DNA of 64,000 nt from Pirellulales bacterium (GCA_016779265.1 JADHNY010000004.1:5584-69583), one strand, 5' to 3'. Positions 1 through 10,156 are shown, numbered from the stretch's first letter. Notes: a model not told the origin generated them from the sequence alone. Numbers and translations are program-made.

Positions 1-1026
1 GTTGACATGAAAGGTTCCGCAGAACGCCTCGCGAACACCCACACGCGTGTCCCGGAGTTGTGGCAGCCGTTGCAGCACCATATTGACCTTCAGCTGGGCA
101 CCGGTCGCGTCACCTGTCGGAGGCGTTGGACTCCTGCCCTGCAGCCGCTGGAGCACCGCCGGCGGACAGTTGGCAAGCACGTAACCTGCTTGCACGAGCT
201 GCTCATTCCCGTCGATCTCTACACGCACCGCGGCAGCTTGCTCATCCGCATCAATCGCTGTCACCCGAGCTGAGGTCACGATGCGGGCCCCGTACTGCCT
301 CGCCCGGGCCGCCAGCTGCTGCGTGACCGCCCCCATTCCACCCACCGGCAGATCCCAGTCGCCGGTACCGTTGCCAATCACGTGGTAGAGGAAACAGATG
401 TTTTGCCGCAGCGACCTATCGTGCAGATCGGCGAAGGTGCCGATCAGGGCATCTGTCGCGACAACGCCCCGAGCCAGATCCGTCTTGAGCGAACTTTCGA
501 TCACCTCTCCGAGTGGTCGCTCGACAAAGTCATGCCAGTCACTCGGCTCACACAGGGCCTGCATCTCCGCGGCCGTCCGCAGCGGCTCCGTGAGCGTTGG
601 AAACACAGCCTTCGCCATCCTCGCTGTGCGGTGATAAAAGGCTTGCCAGCGTTCTGCTTCAGCCGCGTCGCCCGTCGCGGCCGCGAACTGCTCCGCGAGC
701 GAGAACGGGTCCTCAACAACGGCAAGCCCTCTGGCAGGATCGGTGGGGCATGGCGTGTAGGAAGACACACGCCGTCGCACCACCTCCACCTGCAGCCCAA
801 GATCATGCATCAGCCACCGCGGCATCAGCGAGAGCAGGTAGGCATACTTCGACACGCGTGCCGGCACACCAGGAAAGATCTCCGCCGACACCGCGGCTCC
901 TCCGGTCTCGCGAGCACGCTCAAACACGACCACATCGAGACCGGCCCGTGCGAGCAGGCAGGCAGCCACAAGCCCGTTGTGACCGCCACCAACAATCACC
1001 ACGTCAACCCGCTGGCTCACCTGCAT
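1..1026 (-). CDS. NAD(P)/FAD-dependent oxidoreductase, phytoene dehydrogenase-like (partial; continues past the left edge)
   Basis: Missing from the ORF track because there is no stop in the window. Manual translation from ATG 1026 gives MQVSQRVDVVIVGGGHNGLVAACLLARAGLDVVVFER (Rossmann GxGxxG), then ARVSKYAYLLSLMP, and is still open at the edge (GAQLKVNMVLQRLPQLRD...EAFCGTFHVN). Confidence 0.85.
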   Translation of the reverse strand, partial: MQVSQRVDVVIVGGGHNGLVAACLLARAGLDVVVFERARETGGAAVSAEIFPGVPARVSKYAYLLSLMPRWLMHDLGLQVEVVRRRVSSYTPCPTDPARGLAVVEDPFSLAEQFAAATGDAAEAERWQAFYHRTARMAKAVFPTLTEPLRTAAEMQALCEPSDWHDFVERPLGEVIESSLKTDLARGVVATDALIGTFADLHDRSLRQNICFLYHVIGNGTGDWDLPVGGMGAVTQQLAARARQYGARIVTSARVTAIDADEQAAAVRVEIDGNEQLVQAGYVLANCPPAVLQRLQGRSPTPPTGDATGAQLKVNMVLQRLPQLRDTRVGVREAFCGTFHVN

Positions 1027-1208
1027 CTCTCCGGCTGAGATCGATTCCGTCTGTTCCCTGAAGCGAGCTGCCGCCTGCTTACGCGCCGAGCAACCTGCAT
1101 CGCTCACCATGCAACGCGAGCAGCGACACACTGGCCGAAGACGTTTTGTAAACTGATTGACGAGAGGAAGGGAACCGGGATCCACGCCACCTGCGAAGGA
1201 GCGAAACC

Positions 1209-3407
1209 GTGAAAGGCCAGACACTGACACGCCTTGTCGTCATGCTAATCTGCGTGACGGGAACTGAGGCCGGTGCTGCTGCTGGCCCCGAAGCGGTAGC
1301 GATCGACTTCACCCGAGACATCCAGCCGCTCTTCGCCAAGCACTGTCTGCTCTGCCACGGTCCTGATGCAGCCCAGGGCGGCCTGCGTCTACACACCCAG
1401 GCGGCCGCTGCAGCCCTCCTTGAGTCTGGAAGCCACGGGATTGTCCCTGGAGATCCAGCAGCCAGCGAGGTGCTTGCCCGTGTCACCTCTCGCGACCCTC
1501 TCCTACAGATGCCTCCTGAAGGGGACCGGCTCACGCCGGCAGAGACCGATCTCCTCGAAGCCTGGATCGCTCAAGGCGCCGCCTGGGAAACCCACTGGGC
1601 CTACCGTCCTCTCACGGTCCCTGCGGCTCCGACCGTCCACCACGAGCAGGCGGCGGCAACCAACATCGACCGCTTTGTGGTGGCAAAGCTCGAAGCGAAA
1701 GGGCTCACGCCATCATCTGAGGCAGACCGCACCACGCTGATGCGGCGTCTCTCCTATGACCTGATCGGCTTGCCTCCGAAGCCCGCCGAGGTCGACGCGT
1801 TCGTTGCCGACGACCGTGCAGACGCCTATGAACGGCTCGTCGATCGTCTTCTGGCATCACCCCATTTCGGTGAACGTTGGGGCCGCCACTGGCTCGACAA
1901 AGCCCGCTACGCGGACTCCGACGGCTATGAAAAAGACAACCATCGCCCGGATGCCTGGCGGTATCGCGACTGGGTGATTGACGCGATCAACAGCGACATG
2001 CCCTTTGATCAGTTCACAATCGAGCAGCTCGCAGGCGACCTCCTGCCGGAGGCCACCCCCAGCCAGCAGCTGGCGACCGCATTTCACCGACAGACGCTCA
2101 CCAATACCGAAGGGGGTGTTGATCGCGAGCAGTTCCGCGTCGCCGCGGTGATGGACCGCACTGAGACGCTGGGCACGGTGTGGCTGGGGCTTAGTGTCGG
2201 CTGTGCCCGCTGCCACACCCATAAATACGACCAGATCACACAGCAGGAGTACTACGAACTCTACGCCTTCTTCAACAACGCCGACGAAGCTGACGCAACG
2301 CTCCCAGACGCCGACGAGACCATTTCGGTGCGGGTGGTTCGTGAGCGAACCGACGACCGTCGGGCCACCCACATTCTCCGCCGGGGTGAGTTCAAGCAGC
2401 CGCTTGAGAGAGTGGAAACAGGCACGCTCGCCACCCTCCCACCGCTCACCCCGCGAGATGAAAACGCTGGACCAGATCGGCTTGACCTCGCCCAGTGGCT
2501 TGTCAGTGGAGCCAATCCTCTGGTGCCGCGGGTGGCGGTGAATCACCTCTGGAAACATCTCTTCGGTGAAGGCCTTGTGCCCACCATGAATGACTTTGGC
2601 GTGCGTGGAGACCGTCCGTCCCACCCAGCCCTGCTCGACTATCTTGCCACCCGGCTGATCGCCAGTGGATGGTCACGAAAAGCACTGATCAAAGAGATCG
2701 TGATGTCGTCCACATACCGGCAGTCGTCGCAGCACCGCGGCGATCTCGTTGAGATCGATCCAACCAACCGACTGCTTGCGCGACAGAATCGTTTTCGTGT
2801 TGAAGCGGAGATCATCCGTGATATCAGCCTGGCCGCCAGCGGCCTCCTCTCCCCAACACTCGGCGGAGCAAGCGTCTTCCCACCGATTCCTGAGGGAGTC
2901 ACAGACCTGACCTACAACAGCAGCTTCAAGTGGAAGATCAGCGATGGCGAAGACCGCTACCGCCGCGGCCTCTACACCTACTTTAAGCGAACCGCTCCGC
3001 ACCCCAACCTGATCACCTTCGACTGCCCCGACTCCAATGTCACCAACGTCGATCGTGATCGCAGCAACACGCCAATCGCCGCCTTGGTTACCCTCAACAA
3101 CGCCACGTTTGTGGAGGCAGCCCAGGCACTTGCCCAGCTGGTTCTCGCTGTCCCGGAGGCTTCCGACACCGAACGGCTGACACATGCCTTGCGTCGCTGC
3201 GTCGCCCGCAGGCCAACCGACGATGAGCTTCATGACTTCGCATCACTGCTGGCCACAAGCCGAGCCTGGTATGCCGAGCAACCAGAGCAGGCGAAAGAAC
3301 TGGTCGGCGAGCGGCCGGCCCCAGAGGCCGGGTTAGCGGAGAATGCCGCCTGGATCAGTGTTGTGAGGATCATGCTCAACCTCGATGAGTTTCTCACCCG
3401 CGAGTAG
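1209..3407 (+). CDS. Planctomycete cytochrome c (PSCyt1) + DUF1549 + DUF1553 protein
   Basis: Signal peptide; IDFTRDIQPLFAKHCLLCHG (CxxCH); HWAY; FGERWGRHWLDKARYADSDG; CARCHTH; PSHPALLDYLA; YTYFKRT; LITFDCPD. Confidence 0.92.
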   Translation: MKGQTLTRLVVMLICVTGTEAGAAAGPEAVAIDFTRDIQPLFAKHCLLCHGPDAAQGGLRLHTQAAAAALLESGSHGIVPGDPAASEVLARVTSRDPLLQMPPEGDRLTPAETDLLEAWIAQGAAWETHWAYRPLTVPAAPTVHHEQAAATNIDRFVVAKLEAKGLTPSSEADRTTLMRRLSYDLIGLPPKPAEVDAFVADDRADAYERLVDRLLASPHFGERWGRHWLDKARYADSDGYEKDNHRPDAWRYRDWVIDAINSDMPFDQFTIEQLAGDLLPEATPSQQLATAFHRQTLTNTEGGVDREQFRVAAVMDRTETLGTVWLGLSVGCARCHTHKYDQITQQEYYELYAFFNNADEADATLPDADETISVRVVRERTDDRRATHILRRGEFKQPLERVETGTLATLPPLTPRDENAGPDRLDLAQWLVSGANPLVPRVAVNHLWKHLFGEGLVPTMNDFGVRGDRPSHPALLDYLATRLIASGWSRKALIKEIVMSSTYRQSSQHRGDLVEIDPTNRLLARQNRFRVEAEIIRDISLAASGLLSPTLGGASVFPPIPEGVTDLTYNSSFKWKISDGEDRYRRGLYTYFKRTAPHPNLITFDCPDSNVTNVDRDRSNTPIAALVTLNNATFVEAAQALAQLVLAVPEASDTERLTHALRRCVARRPTDDELHDFASLLATSRAWYAEQPEQAKELVGERPAPEAGLAENAAWISVVRIMLNLDEFLTRE

Positions 3408-3455
3408 CCACGCCTCGCTGCCTCGCACCTTCTGTTCCCCTGAAGTAGACGGCCC

Positions 3456-4946
3456 ATGCATCCAGCTCAAGCGATTCACCACCGCACCCGGCGTGAGTTT
3501 CTCACGACCACCGCCAGTGGACTTGGTGGCATGGCCCTCGGCAGCATGCTTACCGACGAGGGCGTACTGCGGGCAGACGATGCGATCGACATGCCATCTG
3601 GAGCCGGCAAGACCAAGCCCGCCCACTTTGATCCCAAGGCCAAGGCTTGCATCTTTATCTTTATGGCGGGGGCTCCCTCACAGCTCGACCTGTTCACGCC
3701 CAAGCCAAAACTCAACGACCTTCACGGCCAGAAACTTCCCCAGTCCATCCTCGACTCCGCACGCTTCGCCTTCATCCAGCCTGAGACCGCCACCCTGATG
3801 GGCTCGCCTCGCACCTTCACCAAGCATGGTGAGTGCGGAATGGAGTTTTCCGACTGGCTGCCGCAGCTAGGGAGCGTGGCTGACGATCTGCTGATGGTCC
3901 GCAGCCTGCACAGCGAAGAGTTCAACCACCATCCAGGGCAGCTGATGATGCAATGCGGCGTGTCACGCTTTGGCATGCCGACTATGGGTTCCTGGCTCAA
4001 CTACGGCCTTGGCAGTGAGTCGAAAGACCTGCCCGGCTATGTCGTCCTGACCGCAGGCAGGGGCAGCAGCGGCGGAGCCACGCTCTATCAGAGCGGCTTC
4101 CTGCCTTCGAACTATGGGGGCGTTCTGTTTCGCAACCAGGGTGAGCCTGTCCTCAACCTCACCAATCCCAGCGGGCTGCCACCAGAACTGCAGCGGGCCG
4201 GCCTCGATGTGCTCGCCCGAGCCAACAGTCGCCGTTACCAGGAGGTCCACGACCCTGAAATCGCAAGTCGCATCGCCAGCTATGAACTCGCCAACCGGAT
4301 GCAGTCTGCAGCGCCCGAGCTGATTGACCTTTCCCAGGAATCACAGCAGACGCTCGAGATGTATGGCGTGGGCCGACCAGAGCCAGAAAAAACCTGGCGA
4401 GGGTCACTTGGCCACCTCCGCACCTACGACACCTTTGCCCGCAACTGCCTCCTCGCCCGGAGGCTGGTCGAGCGAGGCGTGCGGTTTATCAACATCATCC
4501 ATGCTTCCTGGGACCAGCACAGCGACCTCGACTTCAACCTCTTTCACAACGCGGAGTGCGTGGACCAGCCGATCGCTGCATTGATCAAAGACCTCAAGCA
4601 GCGGGGCATGCTCGACTCCACCATGGTTGTCTGGGGCAGCGAGTTTGGTCGCACCCCCCTCGGCGAGAACCGCCAGGGGCGTGATGCGAACACCGGGCGA
4701 GACCACCATCCCTTCGCCTACACCATGCTGCTGGCAGGTGGCGGGCTCAAAGGCGGCCTGACCTACGGATCGACTGATGACATCGGCTGGCATATCGAAG
4801 ACAAGCCCGTGCATATCAACGACCTGCACGCCACGATGCTTCACCAGTTTGGGCTCGACCACCTCCGGCTGACCTACCGCTTCCAGGGCCGTGATTTCCG
4901 GCTCACGGATGTTGGAGGCAACGTGATCTCAGATTGGATTGCCTAA
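3456..4946 (+). CDS. DUF1501 family protein with Tat-type N-terminus
   Basis: TRREFL twin-arginine-like motif; KACIFIFMAGAPSQLDLF; LLARRLVERGVRFI; WDQH; SEFGRTP; GRDHHP; HINDLHATMLH. Canonical partner of DUF1549/1553 genes. Confidence 0.92.
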   Translation: MHPAQAIHHRTRREFLTTTASGLGGMALGSMLTDEGVLRADDAIDMPSGAGKTKPAHFDPKAKACIFIFMAGAPSQLDLFTPKPKLNDLHGQKLPQSILDSARFAFIQPETATLMGSPRTFTKHGECGMEFSDWLPQLGSVADDLLMVRSLHSEEFNHHPGQLMMQCGVSRFGMPTMGSWLNYGLGSESKDLPGYVVLTAGRGSSGGATLYQSGFLPSNYGGVLFRNQGEPVLNLTNPSGLPPELQRAGLDVLARANSRRYQEVHDPEIASRIASYELANRMQSAAPELIDLSQESQQTLEMYGVGRPEPEKTWRGSLGHLRTYDTFARNCLLARRLVERGVRFINIIHASWDQHSDLDFNLFHNAECVDQPIAALIKDLKQRGMLDSTMVVWGSEFGRTPLGENRQGRDANTGRDHHPFAYTMLLAGGGLKGGLTYGSTDDIGWHIEDKPVHINDLHATMLHQFGLDHLRLTYRFQGRDFRLTDVGGNVISDWIA

Positions 4947-4973
4947 GCTCGCCGACGTCTACCACCCGCGTCT

Positions 4974-7529
4974 TTACCGCAGTGGAACGAGATGCACCGG
5001 CCCGAGCAGCCCCGACGGCTGCAGCGGCCAGCCTGAAGCGTCAAACCGCTTGTAGTGCACATCGACAAAGTTGATTTCATGAAAATTTTTCCAGGCCACA
5101 CCTCGCTGATCGAGGTCACGAATCCTGTTGGCAGCGAGGTTGGTCACCTCGAGCACAAGTCGATTGCGGCCTGCCCGCAGATGCCCACCGAGCCGACACG
5201 AGAACGGGAGGCTCCAGACGCAGTCAACCTCCTGACCGTTGACCTTCACGCGAGCGACTTCACGGAGATCACCGAGGTCGAGTCTCCAATCACCGGCCGC
5301 GTCCACGTCCGACTGCTCAAGCTCAAACACCATCTCGTAGGCCGCCGTTCCAGCAAACCGTTCCCACTCCCCGCCCTGCTCAGTCCATGAGCGAAGCGTT
5401 GTGGTCGAAAACGGCGTGGGCATCTCTGGCCCTCCCGTAAGCGGTGTAACCCGCCACTCACCGGCCAGCTCCCGCGACTCACCAACAGGCTCCGCGTAGG
5501 GCCATGCCTGAGTCTTCCCTGCAGGCAGCTGCTGGAGTTTCAGAAAGACCGACTCCCCGGGCTCGAGCTGCAGCCGCACCTCCACCCGTCCATCCACCGT
5601 TCGGAACTCCGCGTTGCCAATGCGGCACGTGAGGGGATCCATCAGGACCGCTGCAGCACCAGGCGTGGCCAGGCCTACCCAGCCATCAACCGCGTCCGCT
5701 TGATGATTCACTAGGAAATAGAGCGTGTCGTCCGCCACACGCCGCCGAAGATAGGAAAGGCCCTCTGCCACCAGCGGCTCGACTCGGGCGGCCGCCCGCT
5801 CAACGACCGCGGCAGCGTCGGTAACGAGCAGCACACCCCCCTGTCCAACCGCCGCAGCCTCTCCTCCAGGTGCAGACTTCCAAGCAAGCCGGGCAAGCTG
5901 CTTGCGAAACGCTTCGCGTCGCTCCTCAAGCCGCCCGAGCCCTGGTACATCCTCAGGCAGCCGGTCGACAAAGATCACCTTTCCGCCGGCAGTGGCATAG
6001 TTAATCAGCCGCGTCAGGGTGCTGACTGGCATCAGCCGACACGACGGCACGACCACCGCCCGATACCGCTCGGCTTCCGACAGCAATGCGTCGGAGCAGA
6101 AATCAAACGAGACACCAGCATCGAGGAGACCTTGAGCGAGCCTGCCACTCGCAGCCTCGGTGAGCCAGTCACTCTCGTGCATCGAGAAGGCCCTCTGCCA
6201 GCCTTCCGTCGTGTGGTAGAGATCGTGAACTGGCCAGTAGACCAGCAGATCATTGTCCGGCGTGCCCGCCTGGAGCAGCGACTGAGCCCGGCCGATGTAG
6301 GCGTTGAGGCAGGCCAGATCATCCCACAGCGGATTGCGGTCGTTGGCCTGCGTTGAGGCATAGAACAGCCAGCCTGGCCAGACGGCATCCTCCGGCGAGT
6401 AGGCCGTGCCGTGATAGAAGATGTGATTGATGCCAGCCAGAAAGAGCTGATCCACTTCCGGCTTCATCTGCGACGGGGCTCCGCAGAAATGCTCCCGCAT
6501 CCAGGTGAAGGTTTCTGACGAAACCAGCTGCCGCCCCACCAGGTGCGCCGCCGACGACGCAAGCCGTGTGACGAGCGGCTGCGGCAGGTTTTTGCTCACC
6601 TGAGAGTCATCCCGACGCAGGCCCGGAATCGCAAATCGGCTCGCCCCAAACACCTCGGTCTCAGGGATGTCAGCCATCGCATAGAGATCGATCAGGTTGG
6701 CAGGGGCACCGTGGGCCTGCTCTCTGGTCAGACACCCTTCGTCATGCGCCCACTCCACCCACTCCTTGAGATAGGCCATGTGCAGCTGCTCAAGTGTCGC
6801 TCGGTAGTCAGCCTTCACGCGGGCCACGGTGTCGGAATCCCCATTCCCCTCCAACGCGTCCAGTTGTGACTCGAGCGTGTAGCCATGCATCGACTCAAAC
6901 GCAGCAGGCACCTCCGTTGACCAGTTGGCCTGATACTCAAATGAGTCGTGAAACTGGCTACGCAGGCCACCGGAGGAGAGCTGACGAAACGCGTTGTGAA
7001 ACGGTTCGAGATACCGTCGCGCCGCCGCTGGTGAGAATGGATTGACCACGAAGCCAGCACCACCAGGGGCCGCTCGCTTCACCTTGAAGCCCGTTGGCTG
7101 CGGTGCAAACCGCCCGTCTTTTCCAGCGATCCGCAGCTCAACGTCCGCTTCACCCACGATAGGACCACCGAATGGCCAGCCGGTGCCCGTCGCCATGTCA
7201 ACACCAAGCCCAAGCCGCTTGGCTTCCGTGCAGGTCAGTTCGAGTGCCTGCATGTATTCAGGTGAGAGAAACTCCAGAAATCGATCCTCGGCCCCCTTGG
7301 CTCCATAAATCGGCGTAATCTCGACACCACCAAAGCCCGCCTCGGCAAACGCGGCGAGTTCGTGCTTCAGCCCAGCTTCATCAACCGCGCTGCCCAGCCA
7401 CCACCAGCGTGTCCACGGCTTGCACTGGGCGGTCAACTCGGGCCAGTGCTCCGTTGGCTCTTCAGCACCACTCCCACCCCCCACGCATGCCACCACTAGT
7501 GCGGCCCAGATCAGACTCCAACGCATCAT
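4974..7529 (-). CDS. GH106 glycoside hydrolase (alpha-L-rhamnosidase-like), secreted
   Basis: KPWTRWWWLG...GFGGVEITPIYG; DMATGTGWPFGG; HDSFEY; DIPETE; SSETFTW; C-terminal LDLGDLREVARVKVNG. Start reassigned to ATG 7529 (signal peptide MMRWSLIWAALVV), which overlaps the upstream stop. Confidence 0.85.
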   Translation of the reverse strand: MMRWSLIWAALVVACVGGGSGAEEPTEHWPELTAQCKPWTRWWWLGSAVDEAGLKHELAAFAEAGFGGVEITPIYGAKGAEDRFLEFLSPEYMQALELTCTEAKRLGLGVDMATGTGWPFGGPIVGEADVELRIAGKDGRFAPQPTGFKVKRAAPGGAGFVVNPFSPAAARRYLEPFHNAFRQLSSGGLRSQFHDSFEYQANWSTEVPAAFESMHGYTLESQLDALEGNGDSDTVARVKADYRATLEQLHMAYLKEWVEWAHDEGCLTREQAHGAPANLIDLYAMADIPETEVFGASRFAIPGLRRDDSQVSKNLPQPLVTRLASSAAHLVGRQLVSSETFTWMREHFCGAPSQMKPEVDQLFLAGINHIFYHGTAYSPEDAVWPGWLFYASTQANDRNPLWDDLACLNAYIGRAQSLLQAGTPDNDLLVYWPVHDLYHTTEGWQRAFSMHESDWLTEAASGRLAQGLLDAGVSFDFCSDALLSEAERYRAVVVPSCRLMPVSTLTRLINYATAGGKVIFVDRLPEDVPGLGRLEERREAFRKQLARLAWKSAPGGEAAAVGQGGVLLVTDAAAVVERAAARVEPLVAEGLSYLRRRVADDTLYFLVNHQADAVDGWVGLATPGAAAVLMDPLTCRIGNAEFRTVDGRVEVRLQLEPGESVFLKLQQLPAGKTQAWPYAEPVGESRELAGEWRVTPLTGGPEMPTPFSTTTLRSWTEQGGEWERFAGTAAYEMVFELEQSDVDAAGDWRLDLGDLREVARVKVNGQEVDCVWSLPFSCRLGGHLRAGRNRLVLEVTNLAANRIRDLDQRGVAWKNFHEINFVDVHYKRFDASGWPLQPSGLLGPVHLVPLR

Positions 7530-10045
7530 CAGCCTTGCTCGCTCGTGTCGTTTCCTGTGACCGATGGTGTGGGCACCAGCTCCAGCGTGTGCACCGGTGG
7601 CCCAGGCAGGAACGGCGTGGCTTGTCCCTTCGCCCATGCCTCGTGCCCATCGCGGTAGTGCGGTGAGAGGAAATGCCCACATTGCCCACCAGGCATGTGG
7701 AAAAATCCCTCGTCTTCTCGACCAGGGGAGACCACCATTCGCTGTGACGCACCAGCCCAGGGCAGCTGCACCCGCGGCATATTGGCATCACCCGGCAACG
7801 GCCGTGGCGACATATCAAGCCAGTCTGCGAGCAGCGGAATTGCAGCCCCGAGCGGATGCTGAACACGGCTGACGTTCCACTCTCCCCAGGTTCGTCCTGA
7901 GAGCGGTCCATCGTCAGCAAGGTCGGCGAGCGTGGCGTCGAGTGCGGAGAGCAGCAGGTCGTCCCAGTTCTCAAACTGTGGTGCAAGCAGATGTGGTGGC
8001 TGCTCTTTCAGCAGCGTCCAGAGCGGTGTTTCAAACCGACGGAAGTCTCGCAGGTAGTCAGCGCGGGGATCGGCGAACTCGATTTCGACCACGAGTGGCC
8101 GCAGGGCTGCCGCCGCAACCTCCAGTCGCCATTCACGAACGATGCGATAGCCAGCAGACTCGACTGAGGCCTTACCACCCCAGTCTTCGACGAGCCGACG
8201 TGCTTCACGTCGCTGCTGATCGCCTGCGACGGCATCTGCAGAGAGCGTGTCGAGCAACAGCTCACGCCAGCGTGTCAGAAACACCGCGCGATCATCGAGC
8301 TGCACCGCAAGCATGTCGGCAGGGGTCGCCGAGTCGATGGCAAGCAAGGCATCGCGAATCTGCCCCTGCCTTCCCCCCACGTCCTGGCCTTCATCGCCAA
8401 TCACACCATGCCCGGAAGCAGGCACCACTCGGGCATTCGCAGACCAGAGACGCCCCGTCTGCGGATCCACCACCGTTGGACGCTCATCTGCGGGAAGCCA
8501 CCCGTCCCAGCGGGCAGTGCCATCAGCCCAGGAGGTGGGGCGTCGACCATCAAAGCCAACCCGCCTGGGGATTCGCCCGATGATCGTCCAGCCAACGCGT
8601 CCCTCCTGATCCACGCAGACGAGGTTCTGGCAGGGCACGCCCACCTCACCCGCAAGGGCTAAGGCCTCATCGACAGTCTCTATCTCTTCAAACCGCACAA
8701 GGTTGAGGTTCGCTCCCTCCGGATCGTGTGCGGTCCACCGCACGACCCGCAGTCGACCGGCATGGTCGCGATCCACGACCGGTCCCCAGATGGTCTCACG
8801 CACCTCGAGCAGCACGGGCTCGCCCCCTGCCACCTCGATCGTTTCCTGGTGATGCGAGAAGGTCTTCCAGCCGTCTGGCGTGAGATAGCGGTCGGCATCA
8901 GCCGGATCGGTCTCAAGCAGCACGAGGTCGAGCCAGTCGCCTTCGCTGTTGGTGAATGCCCAGGCAATCTTGCCGGTGCTTCCCGCCACAACGCAGGGGG
9001 TTCCGGGCAAGGTGACCCCGACCACCCGACGATCACCTTCTACAGACGGCCAGTGCATCGCCGCCCGGTACCAGATGCTCGGTACTCCCAGCCGCAGGTG
9101 CATGTCGCCGGCCAACAGGGCATGTCCATCAGCGGTGTGTGAGCCAGCAACAGCCCAGTTGTTGCTGCCATAGACCACCTCAGGTGGCGTGTGTCTATCC
9201 AGAAAGCGATCCCAGTATCCAGGCTGGGCCACGACGGATTCGCTGACGAGCAGGTCACGGACAGGCTGGCTGCGGAGATCGACCACCTGACGAGTCGGCA
9301 GATCCGCAGACTCAAGCGGCGGCCCTTCCAGCGGTGCGTCGAGCGGCGACCCGGATGGCAGGAGAAATGCCACCAGGTCTAGCGGCAGCAGGTCATGCAT
9401 CAAGCCACGGACCGACTCATGCCCGCCTGTCTCGTTCTGTAGGTCGAGAAACATCGAGTAGACCGTCAGTATCGTGTCGGCCGGCAGCCAGGGCTGCGGC
9501 GACACCCGCAGAGCCAGATACTCCGGCGGCACCACGGCAAGTGCCGAAAGCCCGGCATTGACCCCGGCTGTGTACGCCTCCAGCAGCTGACGATCTTCGG
9601 CAGGCAGTCGCTCCACGACGCCATTCGCCCTGTAGCGAAAGCGATGCAGGCGGAGCTGCCGGTCTAGACCGACCGCCGCGGCCCCGACCAGTGCTGACAG
9701 TTCTCCAGCACTCTGCCGACGCAGCAGGTCCATCTGAAAGAATCGATCCTGGGCATGCACAAAGCCCAGCCCACGTGCGACATCGAGCCGGTTCTCAGCT
9801 CGCAGTGTGGGCACACCACGGGCATCTCGCTCCACCGTCACAGCAGCCGCGAGTCCCTCCAGCGGCTGCCTGCCGTCGAGGATGGGCAGACTCGCTCTGA
9901 GCTTCCACAGGCCCACCGCAAGAAACACACAGCCAACAACTGCAACGCCCCCTGCCACAGCAAAGAAGCGACGAGACCAAGACCATCTCCGCGACTTCTC
10001 AGCCGCAGCAGTCACTGATTCGTGAGATTCCGACACCTGGTTCAT
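7529..10045 (-). CDS. Penicillin acylase family (Ntn-hydrolase, peptidase S45)
   Basis: VTVERDARGVP; GLGFVHAQDRFFQMDLLRR; autocleavage motif GSNNWAV; DMHL; N-terminal TM anchor. Start ATG 10045. Confidence 0.9.
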   Translation of the reverse strand: MNQVSESHESVTAAAEKSRRWSWSRRFFAVAGGVAVVGCVFLAVGLWKLRASLPILDGRQPLEGLAAAVTVERDARGVPTLRAENRLDVARGLGFVHAQDRFFQMDLLRRQSAGELSALVGAAAVGLDRQLRLHRFRYRANGVVERLPAEDRQLLEAYTAGVNAGLSALAVVPPEYLALRVSPQPWLPADTILTVYSMFLDLQNETGGHESVRGLMHDLLPLDLVAFLLPSGSPLDAPLEGPPLESADLPTRQVVDLRSQPVRDLLVSESVVAQPGYWDRFLDRHTPPEVVYGSNNWAVAGSHTADGHALLAGDMHLRLGVPSIWYRAAMHWPSVEGDRRVVGVTLPGTPCVVAGSTGKIAWAFTNSEGDWLDLVLLETDPADADRYLTPDGWKTFSHHQETIEVAGGEPVLLEVRETIWGPVVDRDHAGRLRVVRWTAHDPEGANLNLVRFEEIETVDEALALAGEVGVPCQNLVCVDQEGRVGWTIIGRIPRRVGFDGRRPTSWADGTARWDGWLPADERPTVVDPQTGRLWSANARVVPASGHGVIGDEGQDVGGRQGQIRDALLAIDSATPADMLAVQLDDRAVFLTRWRELLLDTLSADAVAGDQQRREARRLVEDWGGKASVESAGYRIVREWRLEVAAAALRPLVVEIEFADPRADYLRDFRRFETPLWTLLKEQPPHLLAPQFENWDDLLLSALDATLADLADDGPLSGRTWGEWNVSRVQHPLGAAIPLLADWLDMSPRPLPGDANMPRVQLPWAGASQRMVVSPGREDEGFFHMPGGQCGHFLSPHYRDGHEAWAKGQATPFLPGPPVHTLELVPTPSVTGNDTSEQG

Positions 10046-10156
10046 GAAAGAGCCCCCCGAGAACTCGGAGTCTACCCAATCATGACCACACCAAGGAGCC
10101 CGCACTGGAGATCGGCTCAGCGTTGAATGCCCATGCGAACGCACTCGCTACGGACG

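Noticed and set aside
7-1061. Plus-strand ORFs of 66-218 aa
   Set aside because: Antisense shadows of the minus-strand FAD oxidoreductase; no motifs.
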